From: a candidate division WOR-3 bacterium
GTDB lineage: Bacteria; Hydrothermota; Tepidihabitantia; SM23-42; JAOAFX01
NCBI GenBank assembly: GCA_037444665.1
Contig: JBBILZ010000027.1
Location: forward strand, 1-32,306
Length of the DNA: 32,306 nucleotides
Direction of reading: 5' to 3'
A model generated the notes under the pieces. It was given only the letters and a program-made list of their open reading frames with translations. It was not told where the DNA came from and did not search any database. Both the position numbers and the translations under genes were made by a program. Numbering within the stretch: position 1 is the first letter of the stretch; every line of letters begins with the position of its first letter. This document shows, piece by piece, positions 1-9,300 of this stretch.

Positions 1-100
1 TAATTAATCCAGCATAAATCATTAGTAAAACGTAAATATTTGTGTTTCCCAAATTACTTTTTATTAAAATTGCATATTATAAAACTGGGGGATGGCAAGA

Positions 101-129
101 CAAAAAAGGGGCTTTTAGCCCCTTTTTTG
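101..129. terminator. Bidirectional intrinsic terminator
   Basis: caaaaaaggggc-tttta-gccccttttttg is a perfect inverted repeat with A/T tails, 14 nt past the stop of the minus-strand gene at 144. Confidence 0.85.
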
Positions 130-143
130 AAGTATAAAAATAA

Positions 144-1073
144 TTATTCTGGCTCTTCATCACCAGGCATTGTGTCATTGGGATTCTTTATGATATAGGG
201 TAATCCCCAGGCACGGGAATAATAAGTCGCAGTAGAATCACCAAATAGTGTTTCCCAGCCAATGACATCCACTGCACTATGCCGAACCGCAGGCGTAACT
301 ATCACAGAATCATCAGCAATAATCCAGGTGCGGGTAAATGTGGTTATATTTTCACGATAGAATGGCTGGCGCCAGTGCCTTTTTAGACCTATGCCCGGTC
401 TATGGCCAGCACCATGGTGGAGGAATGCCCAGGTTGAATCACCTTCAGCCCTGCAGGTAACAGTAACCTCAACTGTATCTTCGGGATAGAAGATTGGCAA
501 TTCATCCTTAGTAAAGTACTTGTTTGGGTCATTTACTACAAATTCATAATTTCTGCTCGGAACGCGCGCACGCACCTCAGTGATTGTTACTGGATGTGTT
601 GTGCCAACAGTATAAATATCAGCAACGGTGATACTCACTAAATGCCAGCCTGCATCATCACGAAAACACTTTGCTTTGCGAATAATACTATCTGTGATTG
701 CACGGTTATATATTAACAATGGATTTGTCGTATCATTTCTTACAAAGAAACCATAATCAGGCGGTGTGCCCTGTAAATATGCAGTCATTGTCACAAATGC
801 ACTATCACCAACCACATCAATATCATAATGCCTGTCCACTGGCCGTTCAATAAACCTTACCCATTTAACAAAAAATGGAAAGGTATCAGTAGCGAGATCC
901 GGTCCGTTTATCAAGGCAGGTGTTTTTGTGCTATCATCAGATGTCTGAACTTCACCACCCAAAAACCAGCACTTATCAAGAAAAGCCTGTACTTCTGCCT
1001 CGTCATTCTTTGCACAATTTATCAACATTACCATCACCAGTGGCACTAAGAATAGAACCCTGAGATATTGCAT
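144..1073 (-). CDS. Hypothetical lipoprotein
   Basis: 309-aa ORF with a hydrophobic signal ending in a lipobox-like LINC and an upstream AAAGGGGG SD; no recognisable family. Confidence 0.7.
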   Translation of the reverse strand: MQYLRVLFLVPLVMVMLINCAKNDEAEVQAFLDKCWFLGGEVQTSDDSTKTPALINGPDLATDTFPFFVKWVRFIERPVDRHYDIDVVGDSAFVTMTAYLQGTPPDYGFFVRNDTTNPLLIYNRAITDSIIRKAKCFRDDAGWHLVSITVADIYTVGTTHPVTITEVRARVPSRNYEFVVNDPNKYFTKDELPIFYPEDTVEVTVTCRAEGDSTWAFLHHGAGHRPGIGLKRHWRQPFYRENITTFTRTWIIADDSVIVTPAVRHSAVDVIGWETLFGDSTATYYSRAWGLPYIIKNPNDTMPGDEEPE

Positions 1074-1095
1074 TTTAACCCCCTTTCTGTTTATT

Positions 1096-1123
1096 TTGAC
1101 GAAAAAAAGGTGAATAAGGTTTA
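1096..1123 (-). promoter_or_regulatory. Putative ECF-sigma promoter for the lipoprotein gene
   Basis: Minus strand TAAACC-N16-CGTCAA resembles the SigW/SigX/RpoE-type AAAC...CGTC consensus. Confidence 0.45.
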
Positions 1124-1260
1124 AAAAAGTCTGTTTTAATCATTCTCAGCATTACAAAAGAAATTTTGGCATTTAAATTTTTAATTGTTATAACAGGACT
1201 CGTCTCTGTCCGAAAAATCTGTATTTTTTTTATTTATCTGAACAGAAAAATTTAATCTAT

Positions 1261-1345
1261 GCCCGATAAATCGGGCGACTACAATTGGGCTCGGTTAAAA
1301 AGATCCATTTTCAACTGGACATTGTAGTTGCCTCATTTATGAGGC
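1261..1345. repeat. Pair of GTAG-family REP palindromes
   Basis: 1261-1282 (minus strand GTAGTCGCCCGATTTATCGGGC) and 1324-1345 (GTAGTTGCCTCATTTATGAGGC): GTAG foot plus short hairpin with covarying stems. Confidence 0.75.
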
Positions 1346-1412
1346 ATTCTATTTTGGCAAAAGTCAGACGATAAATCAGAAAATAAGGAGAAGATTCAAT
1401 TTTTTTTGTTTA

Positions 1413-1440
1413 TTGACAATTTTTATTATTTATATAAAAT
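1413..1440 (+). promoter_or_regulatory. Sigma70-type promoter
   Basis: TTGACA-N16-TAAAAT. Confidence 0.7.
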
Positions 1441-1459
1441 TATCCATAAGGGGGTAGAT

Positions 1460-1888
1460 ATGCTTTTAATTATATTGTTTGGAATGAGTGCTATAATAAA
1501 TACTAATGTTGAACAGGTCCTCCAAACTACACAATCAGTCCTAACTGAAATGGAGATATCCATTGCAAAATCCACGGACGGAAAGATTGAATCTGCTCTT
1601 ATTGACATTCCAGTATGCGAACTCAATCATTACATAACTGAAAACTTTCCGGATGAAAATCCTGGCTGGAAAAATGCTCGTTTTCATTTGGTAATTGAAA
1701 TCAAAAAAATTGATACCGAAAAAAGTGAATTATTTATAAACGCAGTTTTTGAGCGCTATGGTGTTCCTAATGCCTTTCTTCTAATTCCGGACGAATGGGT
1801 TATCGTCCCTTCAAATGGTTCAATGGAAAAACAAATAATAGATGCGATTACTCAAAAAATCTTAAGCCAAACCGGGGGTGAGAAATGA
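1460..1888 (+). CDS. Hypothetical exported protein, possibly BamC/DUF3568-like helix-grip fold
   Basis: ATG at 1460 follows an AAGGGGG SD; short hydrophobic N-terminus; C-terminal SNGSMEKQII helix; overlaps the next gene (ATGA). Confidence 0.65.
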   Translation: MLLIILFGMSAIINTNVEQVLQTTQSVLTEMEISIAKSTDGKIESALIDIPVCELNHYITENFPDENPGWKNARFHLVIEIKKIDTEKSELFINAVFERYGVPNAFLLIPDEWVIVPSNGSMEKQIIDAITQKILSQTGGEK

Positions 1889-3318
1889 AAAAAATTATAA
1901 TAATCTTTATTGCTATGTTCCTCTTTGCTGACCCACCTTGGTCAACAAATATTAAGGTAAGCCAGGACCCTGGCACTGGCAATCAGAATGAAACCACCAT
2001 TGGTATTTTTGGGGGCAACCTCGTCTGTGGAGGGTGGAATGATAGCAGACAAACAACTTATCATGTGGGATTTGTGCGCTCAACAAATGGTGGCTCATCA
2101 TTCTTCCTTGATACATTAATGATTGAACCTACATATCCTGGAGATTGTGACCCATGTATTGCCATCAGTGACTCAGGACATATCTACTATTTCTGGCTCT
2201 CCTACAATTCTTCCAATTATACTGGTGATATTTATTTTGCCAAATCAACCAACTGGGGACAATCATGGGGACCAATGAATTGTGTTACACCAGGAACTCC
2301 CAATACACTGGATGACAAACCCTGGGCAATCATTGATAATAATAATATCTTTTTATCATGGTATGATTATGGCGGAACAGGCGCTCTCCGTTTCAAAAGG
2401 TCCACTAATCTCGGACAGAGCTGGATGTCACCTGTAACGATCGGAAGCGGTGGAAACGGGACAATGTGCATTCGTGGCACAGATTCAATGCTCTATGTAG
2501 GTTGGGGCTATCAAGACCTGCGTTTTAATCGTTCAACCAATATGGGTGCCACCTGGGTGGGACAGACAACCATTATCACCTGTCCGTGGAGCCCACCTTC
2601 AACACCCTATCGGCTCAATAACATCCCGTGTTTCAAATCAAATAATGCAAGGAATGTTTTGTATGTGGTCTTCGCTGATTCCCGTTTTGGTAGTGGCCAG
2701 GTGGATGTGTCTTTTTCAAAATCAACTAATCAGGGTGTCACATGGTCAACACCAGTAAAAATCAATGATACACCAAGTGGTGATACAACCCTGCAATTCT
2801 ATCCATTTATGGCAATAGACCCGAACGATAACATTCATGTAGTATGGTATGATACCCGCGGTGGTAGCAGATATTATGTTGCACTATACTACTCTTATTC
2901 TACTGACCAGGGCGTAACATGGGCACCAAATCAAAGGGTAACTGAAAATAGATATTACACCAATGCTTTTATTGGCGATTATCTTGCCTGCGCAGCTGAT
3001 GCGAATTATGTATATGCCCTGTGGTGTGATTGTAGAAATGGTTCAACTAATCCAGATGCTTACTTTTCCAGAACAGTGAATCCAGTCGGAATAAAAGAGA
3101 ATAAAACCACTACCCATCCGTATCGCCAGTTGACCCTTGAAATCCCCAATCCATTTACTAAAAATGCAAAGATAAAATATAGCCCACAGAATGCTGTGCT
3201 CAACATATATCAGATAGATGGCAGAAAAATAAAATTCCCAGATGCTCCTGGTGTTTATTTTGTTGTTCTACAAAATGGGAATGAAATGCTCTGCAAAAAA
3301 CTTATTATGATAGAATAA
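1885..3318 (+). CDS. Secreted BNR/Asp-box beta-propeller (sialidase-fold) protein with T9SS-like C-terminal domain
   Basis: Six Asp-box-like motifs (STNGGSSF, STNWGQSW, STNLGQSW, STNMGATW, STNQGVTW, STDQGVTW); signal peptide; C-terminal PNPF...IYQIDGRKI...GVYFV...KKLIM. Confidence 0.8.
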   Translation: MKKIIIIFIAMFLFADPPWSTNIKVSQDPGTGNQNETTIGIFGGNLVCGGWNDSRQTTYHVGFVRSTNGGSSFFLDTLMIEPTYPGDCDPCIAISDSGHIYYFWLSYNSSNYTGDIYFAKSTNWGQSWGPMNCVTPGTPNTLDDKPWAIIDNNNIFLSWYDYGGTGALRFKRSTNLGQSWMSPVTIGSGGNGTMCIRGTDSMLYVGWGYQDLRFNRSTNMGATWVGQTTIITCPWSPPSTPYRLNNIPCFKSNNARNVLYVVFADSRFGSGQVDVSFSKSTNQGVTWSTPVKINDTPSGDTTLQFYPFMAIDPNDNIHVVWYDTRGGSRYYVALYYSYSTDQGVTWAPNQRVTENRYYTNAFIGDYLACAADANYVYALWCDCRNGSTNPDAYFSRTVNPVGIKENKTTTHPYRQLTLEIPNPFTKNAKIKYSPQNAVLNIYQIDGRKIKFPDAPGVYFVVLQNGNEMLCKKLIMIE

Positions 3319-3360
3319 ATTTGTCCTGAGATCGAGCAAAAACCTTAGAATAATTACAAT

Positions 3361-3447
3361 GTAGTTGCCCAATTTCCCGAAGGGATTCTCGTCCCATCGG
3401 GACGGAGCATTGGGCTCATTTTGGTGCTTGATAAATCAAGCAACTAC
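3361..3447. repeat. Inverted pair of GTAG-family REPs; the first copy is interrupted by a 33-nt insert
   Basis: GTAGTTGCCCAATTT[33 nt]ATTGGGC (3361-3415) and, on the minus strand, GTAGTTGCTTGATTTATCAAGC (3426-3447); same family as the 1261-1345 REPs. Confidence 0.75.
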
Positions 3448-3575
3448 AATTTCAGGGTGGCTAAACTATTACTGATTCAGAGCCACATATACTCGTGGCT
3501 CCCGATACCCCTTGATATCCCCTGTTAATGACAGGGAAGATAATAAAACTAAAGAAGACTCAGGTATTACATTCC

Positions 3576-3603
3576 TTGACACAATAAATCTTTTGTGCAT
3601 AAT
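3576..3603 (+). promoter_or_regulatory. Sigma70-type promoter, probably producing a leaderless mRNA
   Basis: TTGACA-N16-CATAAT ends 7 nt before ATG 3611; no SD. Confidence 0.6.
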
Positions 3604-3610
3604 TGTAGCT

Positions 3611-5404
3611 ATGTGGTGGCATGACGAAGAAGAATTTATAACCGAAGAAGAAACAGAAAAAGGGAAGCGGGATATTGGTCTGATAAAAAAACTCCTCCCC
3701 TATTTCAAACCTTATATAAAAAGAATATTTATTGCGTTAGTATTATTATTACTTTCTACTGTCCTGGCACTTCTGGGACCAGTTTTTATCAAGCACACAA
3801 TTGATTATGAAATCCCGAATAAAAATCTCCAGGGCCTTGTTTTAATCGCATTTTTATATTTTGTTCTTCAGGTTCTTATTATCATTATCAGGTATTTTCA
3901 GCAGATTGAGATTGCAATGATTGGTGAACGGGCAATCGCTGATTTGAAATTGGATTTATTCAAACATACAATCGCCCTACCCCTTGCATTCTTTGACAAG
4001 AATCCTGTAGGAAGATTAATCACACGGGTAGAAGGTGATGCAGAAACACTTAAAAATCTATTTTCTTCAACCGCCGTGGTTCTTGCCCAGGATTTTGCCC
4101 TGCTGATAGGAATGTCGGTCGTAATGCTTAGTGTCAACTATAAATTATATTTGTTGATTTTGACCATGCTACCAATTTTTTTATACGCATTCTGGTGGTT
4201 TGGAAGAAATGTGCGGCCAATATACATAGAACTTCGGCGAAAAATTGCTGAAATAAATAGTTTCATTATGGAAACATTAAGGGGATTACCTGTGATTCAG
4301 GTCTTCTTACAGGAAAAAAACTTCCTTGGCAAAATTGACCAGATGGGAAAGATTAAATTTAATCTGGAAATGAAATCTATGTTATACTGGTATCGCATCT
4401 GGTTTTTAGTGGATTTTGGTGAAATCATCGGCATTATTTTGATTCTTGGTATTGGTGGCATCTGGGCATTGAAAGGTATTATCACTATTGGCACGCTCTT
4501 TTTATTTATCAGTTATATTACAAGATTCTTTGGACCTTTGCGTGGCTTATCTGACCAAGTCAATCTTTTAGAACGTTCCTTTGCCGCAGCAGAGAGAATC
4601 TTCAATATTTTATCATATCCACCTGAGTATGAAAAGACTGAATCAATAGAATATAGCACACTGAAACATAATATAAAATTTGAAAATATAACTTTCGCTT
4701 ATGAAAAAGATGACTGGGTTTTAGAAAATATAAATTTTGAGATTAAAAAAGGAGAAAAGATCGCCCTGGTTGGAGAGACCGGTGGTGGAAAAACTTCAAT
4801 AATTGCCCTGCTATTGAAATTTTACAAACCAAATCATGGTTCAATAAAAATTGATAATATTGATTTGAACAGTATTAATCGTTATGCACTGCGTGCAAAA
4901 ATTGGTTTTGTACCACAGGATGTTTTTTTGTTTCCAGGAAGTATTATTGATAATTTAAGACTCTTTAATACCCAAATATCTGAACAAAAAATATTTGCTA
5001 CAACTGAAAGGATTGGCTTACACCAGAGAATTTTAATGCTGCCAAAAGGTTATGATACAGATATAATTGAGCAAGGTATAAACCTATCATTTGGTGAACG
5101 ACAACTCCTTTCCTTTGCCCGGGCATTGGTCTTTGAACCAGAAATCATTATCCTTGATGAAGCAACCTCTTCTGTTGACCCGGAAAGCGAAAGACTGGTC
5201 CAGGAAGGAATAAAGGAACTCTTAAAGAACCGCACCGCGATTATAATTGCCCACAGATTGACCACAACCCGACTCGCTGACCGGATCCTCGTCATCCATC
5301 AGGGTAAATTTGTTGAACAGGGAAATCATCAGGAACTTCTCAAGAAAAAGGGACTCTACTACAAATTCTATAAATTGCAATATCTCCAGGAAAGGGTAGG
5401 TTAA
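3611..5404 (+). CDS. ABC exporter, fused TMD-NBD, heterodimer subunit
   Basis: TM region, Walker A GETGGGKT, signature LSFGERQ, Walker B IIILDEA, AHR H-loop. Start placed at ATG 3611 (MWWHDEEE) because the promoter lies inside the longer ORF call. Confidence 0.9.
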   Translation: MWWHDEEEFITEEETEKGKRDIGLIKKLLPYFKPYIKRIFIALVLLLLSTVLALLGPVFIKHTIDYEIPNKNLQGLVLIAFLYFVLQVLIIIIRYFQQIEIAMIGERAIADLKLDLFKHTIALPLAFFDKNPVGRLITRVEGDAETLKNLFSSTAVVLAQDFALLIGMSVVMLSVNYKLYLLILTMLPIFLYAFWWFGRNVRPIYIELRRKIAEINSFIMETLRGLPVIQVFLQEKNFLGKIDQMGKIKFNLEMKSMLYWYRIWFLVDFGEIIGIILILGIGGIWALKGIITIGTLFLFISYITRFFGPLRGLSDQVNLLERSFAAAERIFNILSYPPEYEKTESIEYSTLKHNIKFENITFAYEKDDWVLENINFEIKKGEKIALVGETGGGKTSIIALLLKFYKPNHGSIKIDNIDLNSINRYALRAKIGFVPQDVFLFPGSIIDNLRLFNTQISEQKIFATTERIGLHQRILMLPKGYDTDIIEQGINLSFGERQLLSFARALVFEPEIIILDEATSSVDPESERLVQEGIKELLKNRTAIIIAHRLTTTRLADRILVIHQGKFVEQGNHQELLKKKGLYYKFYKLQYLQERVG

Positions 5405-5407
5405 ATT

Positions 5408-7129
5408 ATGAAGACAATTATAACATTCTGGAAAGAACGACCAAAAAGACTGATATTCCTTGTCGCATTCACAATTGTCTACACATTTTTGGTCTTACTC
5501 TTTCCATATATTCTAAAAGATATCATTGATGGAATTAAAACCGAATTTAGTAGGCCCCAGCTATTAAAAGCGATTGCACTCCTTGGAATTATCGGTATCC
5601 TCCGTTCTACTGCAGGAATATTTCTGCCTTATACGCGGGGCAGAACAAATGAAATATTTAATCTCAAGGAAAGGAACAATATCTTCAATACCATCCTGAA
5701 GCAGGGGCACTCTTTTTTCAATAAATTTCCTGCCGGTGATGTTCTGGAAAGGATGGATATGGACCTGGGCGAACTATCCTGGTTTGCCTGTTCTGGAATC
5801 TTTAGACCCATTGAGGGACTACTCACAATATGTTTTGCAGTCTATTTTCTCTCCCGCATAGATTGGCGATTAATGCTCATTGCAGTCTTACCAATGTCTA
5901 CTGCGATATTTGTATTTACTTTTTTTGCCCCCCGTGTGTATCAATATTTTAAAAGATGGCGCGAGATAATATCACTCGTGCACAATCTCCTGCAAACAAA
6001 CTTCACTGGTATTAGACTGGTCAAGGCATACACAATGGAAAAAGAGAATACAAAAGAATTTAAAAAATTGCTAACCACCCGAATTGACGCTGCAAAAAAG
6101 GTCTATCGGATTGAATCATTACTCCAGAACATCTTTTTTTCAATAGAAGAGATAGGCATTGTGCTGGTATTATTATGCGGTGGAATCTTTACTCTTAATG
6201 GTTCATTGACCATTGGCGAATTTGTTGCATTTATGGCATACATTATGATCTTACTCCATCCCATCATTGACATTGCAAATTTCTTTGTAATAAAAAAGCG
6301 CGCAGAGGTTCAGGTAAAAAGGCTGGAAGAAATAAAAAACTACCCTGCAGATGTGAGCGATACTGGCAAAATTACAGATTTAAAAGGTGACTCTATTCTT
6401 ACCCAGGAACTATCATTTGCGTATGATAAAAATGCGCCGCCCGTATTAAATAATATCAATATAAAAATTCCACTGGGCAAAAAGATTGGCATTGCTGGAA
6501 CAGTCGGCTCAGGTAAATCTACACTTTTGAAATTGATAATGAGAACTGCTGAACCAACCTGCGGAAACATACATCTCAATGGCTTTTGCATTAAAGAGAT
6601 TAACCTTGCTGCATATCGGCAATTATTCTCTTATGTGCCACAGGAGCCATCTTTATTTTCAGATACGATTTATAACAACATCACCTTTGGCAGAGAAAGA
6701 GAAAAAGAAAGACTGGAAAAAATAGTTGAAATCTGTCAGCTCAAAGAATTTATTGATAATTGTCCAAAAGGATATGATGAGTTAATCGGTGAGCGGGGTT
6801 TAAAACTCTCTGGTGGCGAAAAACAGAGAATTGCAATTGCCCGCGCACTTTTGAAAAATGGAAGTATACTCATTCTTGATGATGCGACAAGCAACCTTGA
6901 TGCTGAAACAGAAAAACGGTTTATTGAAGAAATATCAAAGATGGATAATATGACACTGATTATTGTCTCGCATAGATTGTCCATCCTCGCAGTTTGTGAC
7001 TATGTTTATGTCCTTCATCAGGGCAGAGTCGTAGAACAAGGAACACCAGATTTTCTTATTAAAAAGCGCGGTTTATACTGGAAACTCTATCAATACCAAC
7101 TGATTCACTCCAGTTCAGTTTCATATTGA
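5408..7129 (+). CDS. ABC exporter, fused TMD-NBD, partner subunit with degenerate Walker B
   Basis: GTVGSGKS, LSGGEKQ, ILILDDA (Asp for catalytic Glu), as in heterodimeric type IV exporters. Confidence 0.9.
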   Translation: MKTIITFWKERPKRLIFLVAFTIVYTFLVLLFPYILKDIIDGIKTEFSRPQLLKAIALLGIIGILRSTAGIFLPYTRGRTNEIFNLKERNNIFNTILKQGHSFFNKFPAGDVLERMDMDLGELSWFACSGIFRPIEGLLTICFAVYFLSRIDWRLMLIAVLPMSTAIFVFTFFAPRVYQYFKRWREIISLVHNLLQTNFTGIRLVKAYTMEKENTKEFKKLLTTRIDAAKKVYRIESLLQNIFFSIEEIGIVLVLLCGGIFTLNGSLTIGEFVAFMAYIMILLHPIIDIANFFVIKKRAEVQVKRLEEIKNYPADVSDTGKITDLKGDSILTQELSFAYDKNAPPVLNNINIKIPLGKKIGIAGTVGSGKSTLLKLIMRTAEPTCGNIHLNGFCIKEINLAAYRQLFSYVPQEPSLFSDTIYNNITFGREREKERLEKIVEICQLKEFIDNCPKGYDELIGERGLKLSGGEKQRIAIARALLKNGSILILDDATSNLDAETEKRFIEEISKMDNMTLIIVSHRLSILAVCDYVYVLHQGRVVEQGTPDFLIKKRGLYWKLYQYQLIHSSSVSY

Positions 7130-7153
7130 CATTGTTGAATTTATTATTATACT
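7126..7153 (+). promoter_or_regulatory. Sigma70-type promoter for the small ORF
   Basis: TTGACA-N16-TATACT. Confidence 0.7.
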
Positions 7154-7175
7154 TAAAATTAAAAGGAGCATAACT

Positions 7176-7337
7176 ATGAAACTGATAATCATTCTTATTA
7201 TTGTGGTGATAGTTGCCTGGATTATTGTTCAGATGATACAGGCTTCTGACAAGAAAAGAAGAGAAGAAATTATCAGAAAGAAAATAGAAGAAAAAAAGAA
7301 GCAGGAAGAAAAAAATTCTAATATTCCAGGTTTTTAA
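7176..7337 (+). CDS. Small 53-aa single-pass membrane protein (absent from the ORF track)
   Basis: MKLIIILIIVVIVAWIIVQMIQASDKKRREEIIRKKIEEKKKQEEKNSNIPGF*; AAAGGAG SD and its own promoter. Confidence 0.75.
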   Translation: MKLIIILIIVVIVAWIIVQMIQASDKKRREEIIRKKIEEKKKQEEKNSNIPGF

Positions 7338-8175
7338 TTAACTTTTTAATGTCTTCGGGGATGGGTGCTGAAAATGTCACCCATCTTTTTATTTGCGGAT
7401 GAAAAAAACTGACTTTCCAGGCATGGAGCGCCTGGCGATTGAATAAAATTCGTGTTTTTTTAATATTATAGTATCGCTTATCTCCTATTATGGGATGCCC
7501 TATCTGTGCAAGTTGTAATCTCAATTGATGTGTCCTTCCTGTCTTCGGCATCAACCTTACCATCATTGCATTTTTAAAAAATTTAATGACCTGATAATGG
7601 GTCTCTGCATATTCACCACTCTTTTCAATCCGCCCCTTCAACACCCCTTTTTTATTTTTTAAAATACCCTCAACAATACCAATATAGGTTTTATTTACCT
7701 TTGCTGCCCTGAACTCCTCAACTAAAAAATCTCTTGCCATAATCGTCTTTGCAAAGATTATAACTCCGCTCGTTTCACGGTCCAATCTGTGCACAGGATA
7801 TACTTTTTTATTTTTTCGGGCAAGAATTTCAGTAACTGCAATCCCTTTTTCTGAACCTATCTTCTCGGTCAGTAAACCAACTGGCTTATTAACAATCATC
7901 ACATAATCGTCCTCCCATAAAATCTTCACTTCTGGCAAATTCTTTATTTGCAAACCTGTATCAATTATTGCGATGCGGTCACCTTTTTTTAATTTTTTTG
8001 AAGGAAATGTTACCCTGATATTATTCACAAGAACAATACCCTGTTCTACAATCTGTCGTGCCTTGTGCCTTGGTAAATCACTAAATAGGGCAATAACATA
8101 ATCCAATCGTTTCTCAGCCATTTCCGGAGTTACAATAAAAATGTTTTGTATTAGATGATACTCTTCGTACTTCAT
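7318..8175 (-). CDS. RluA-family pseudouridine synthase (RluD/RluC-like, with S4 domain)
   Basis: N-terminal RLD/S4 region, NKPVGL, catalytic VHRLDRETSG, TGRTHQLR, HPIIGD, QALHA. Confidence 0.92.
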   Translation of the reverse strand: MKYEEYHLIQNIFIVTPEMAEKRLDYVIALFSDLPRHKARQIVEQGIVLVNNIRVTFPSKKLKKGDRIAIIDTGLQIKNLPEVKILWEDDYVMIVNKPVGLLTEKIGSEKGIAVTEILARKNKKVYPVHRLDRETSGVIIFAKTIMARDFLVEEFRAAKVNKTYIGIVEGILKNKKGVLKGRIEKSGEYAETHYQVIKFFKNAMMVRLMPKTGRTHQLRLQLAQIGHPIIGDKRYYNIKKTRILFNRQALHAWKVSFFHPQIKRWVTFSAPIPEDIKKLIKNLEY

Positions 8176-8181
8176 ATTTTT

Positions 8182-8209
8182 ATTCTATCCAGTAGCGCCA
8201 TTTAGTCAA
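8182..8209 (-). promoter_or_regulatory. Sigma70-type promoter for the pseudouridine synthase (leaderless)
   Basis: Minus strand TTGACT-N16-TAGAAT, 6 nt before the ATG. Confidence 0.65.
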
Positions 8210-8233
8210 CTATTCTTTTTCAATATCATTACC

Positions 8234-8261
8234 TTGACATTGTAAATTTTATGAATAGAAT
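8234..8261 (+). promoter_or_regulatory. Sigma70-type promoter for the lolA operon
   Basis: TTGACA-N16-TAGAAT. Confidence 0.7.
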
Positions 8262-8267
8262 TAAAGA

Positions 8268-8912
8268 ATGAAAGGACAAAAAATGAAAAATAAAATAATC
8301 GCTGTTAATCTCTTAGCCGCTTTTTTATTGCTGTCAAAAACCTGTGTTGCCCAGGAACTTGATAGTGTCATCAATAAAACTATCGCTAATTACCAGAATC
8401 TGAATAGTTTCTACATTGAGTTCACTCAGCAATTTTGCGAAAAGACCTCTGGCACGTGCCAGAAATTTGAAGGGTGTATCTATTTTCTTAAACCAAACTA
8501 TTTCAGAATGGAGTTGAAAAATCCCCAGCAGTTATATGTCGGTGATAGTGTCTCTTTATGGCTCTATCTTCCTGATAAAAAAAGGGCAATTAGACAACAC
8601 TTTGGACCCCAGGTGCCGTTTGCAGTCAACCCTGATATCTTCCTTAAAAACTATCAGGAGAGGTTTAACGCAGAATTAAAAATAGATAAAAATTATGAAA
8701 TAATTTTGACGCCGATAGAGAAGACCGAAATATACCAGCGCATTGTCGTCACAATTGATAAACAAAAGTATCAAATTACAGGGATAAACATTATTGATGA
8801 GACAGAATCGGAAAATAAATTTATCTTTAAAAATATTCAGTTGAACAAAAAATTGTCAAAAAAACTCTTTGAATTCAAACCGCCAAAAGGAACTGAAATA
8901 ATTGAGCAGTAA
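8268..8912 (+). CDS. lolA: Outer-membrane lipoprotein carrier LolA
   Basis: Signal peptide; FTQ...G.IYFLKPNYFRM...QLYVGD..SLWLYLP and C-terminal FEFKPPKGTEII pattern; alternative start at 8283. Confidence 0.8.
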   Translation: MKGQKMKNKIIAVNLLAAFLLLSKTCVAQELDSVINKTIANYQNLNSFYIEFTQQFCEKTSGTCQKFEGCIYFLKPNYFRMELKNPQQLYVGDSVSLWLYLPDKKRAIRQHFGPQVPFAVNPDIFLKNYQERFNAELKIDKNYEIILTPIEKTEIYQRIVVTIDKQKYQITGINIIDETESENKFIFKNIQLNKKLSKKLFEFKPPKGTEIIEQ

Positions 8913-9300
8913 TTTTTTAATGGATAACCGCTGTTTTGCCTGTGGCAGGGATAATGCCATAGGCTTGCATTTAGATATCACCCAGACTGATGAAGGCGTA
9001 CTTGCGCCAATAAAATTGAACAAAAATTTCCAGGGCTATCAAAATGTGATCCACGGAGGGATTGTTTCAACCATCCTTGATGAAATGGCAGTATGGGCTG
9101 CTTACAAAAAGGGACACAAGGCTGTAACTGCTGAATTAAATATGCGCATAAAAAAACCAATGAATGCTGACACAGAATATATTGCTCGAGGAAAGGTTTT
9201 AAATGTTAAATACAAATTAGTATTTGCGCAGGCAGAAATAAAAGACCTAAAAAATGAGATTATCGCCTGTGCTGATGTGAAACTGATAAAAGTTGACTAA
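8902..9300 (+). CDS. PaaI-family hotdog thioesterase
   Basis: CFACGRDNAIGL and QGYQNVIHGGIVSTILDE motifs; start could be ATG 8920. Confidence 0.85.
   Translation: MSSNFLMDNRCFACGRDNAIGLHLDITQTDEGVLAPIKLNKNFQGYQNVIHGGIVSTILDEMAVWAAYKKGHKAVTAELNMRIKKPMNADTEYIARGKVLNVKYKLVFAQAEIKDLKNEIIACADVKLIKVD

Noticed and set aside
1..75. Possible minus-strand CDS start running off the left edge (TTG GGA AAC..., MGNTNIYVLLMIYAGLI)
   Set aside because: Only ~17 codons visible with no convincing SD; cannot be supported
3512..3610. N-terminal extension of the ABC transporter in the ORF track
   Set aside because: It spans the promoter boxes and starts at TTG without an SD; ATG 3611 fits better
5408..7129. 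Degenerate Walker B (DD) as a sign of an inactive transporter
   Set aside because: This is normal asymmetry for heterodimeric ABC exporters
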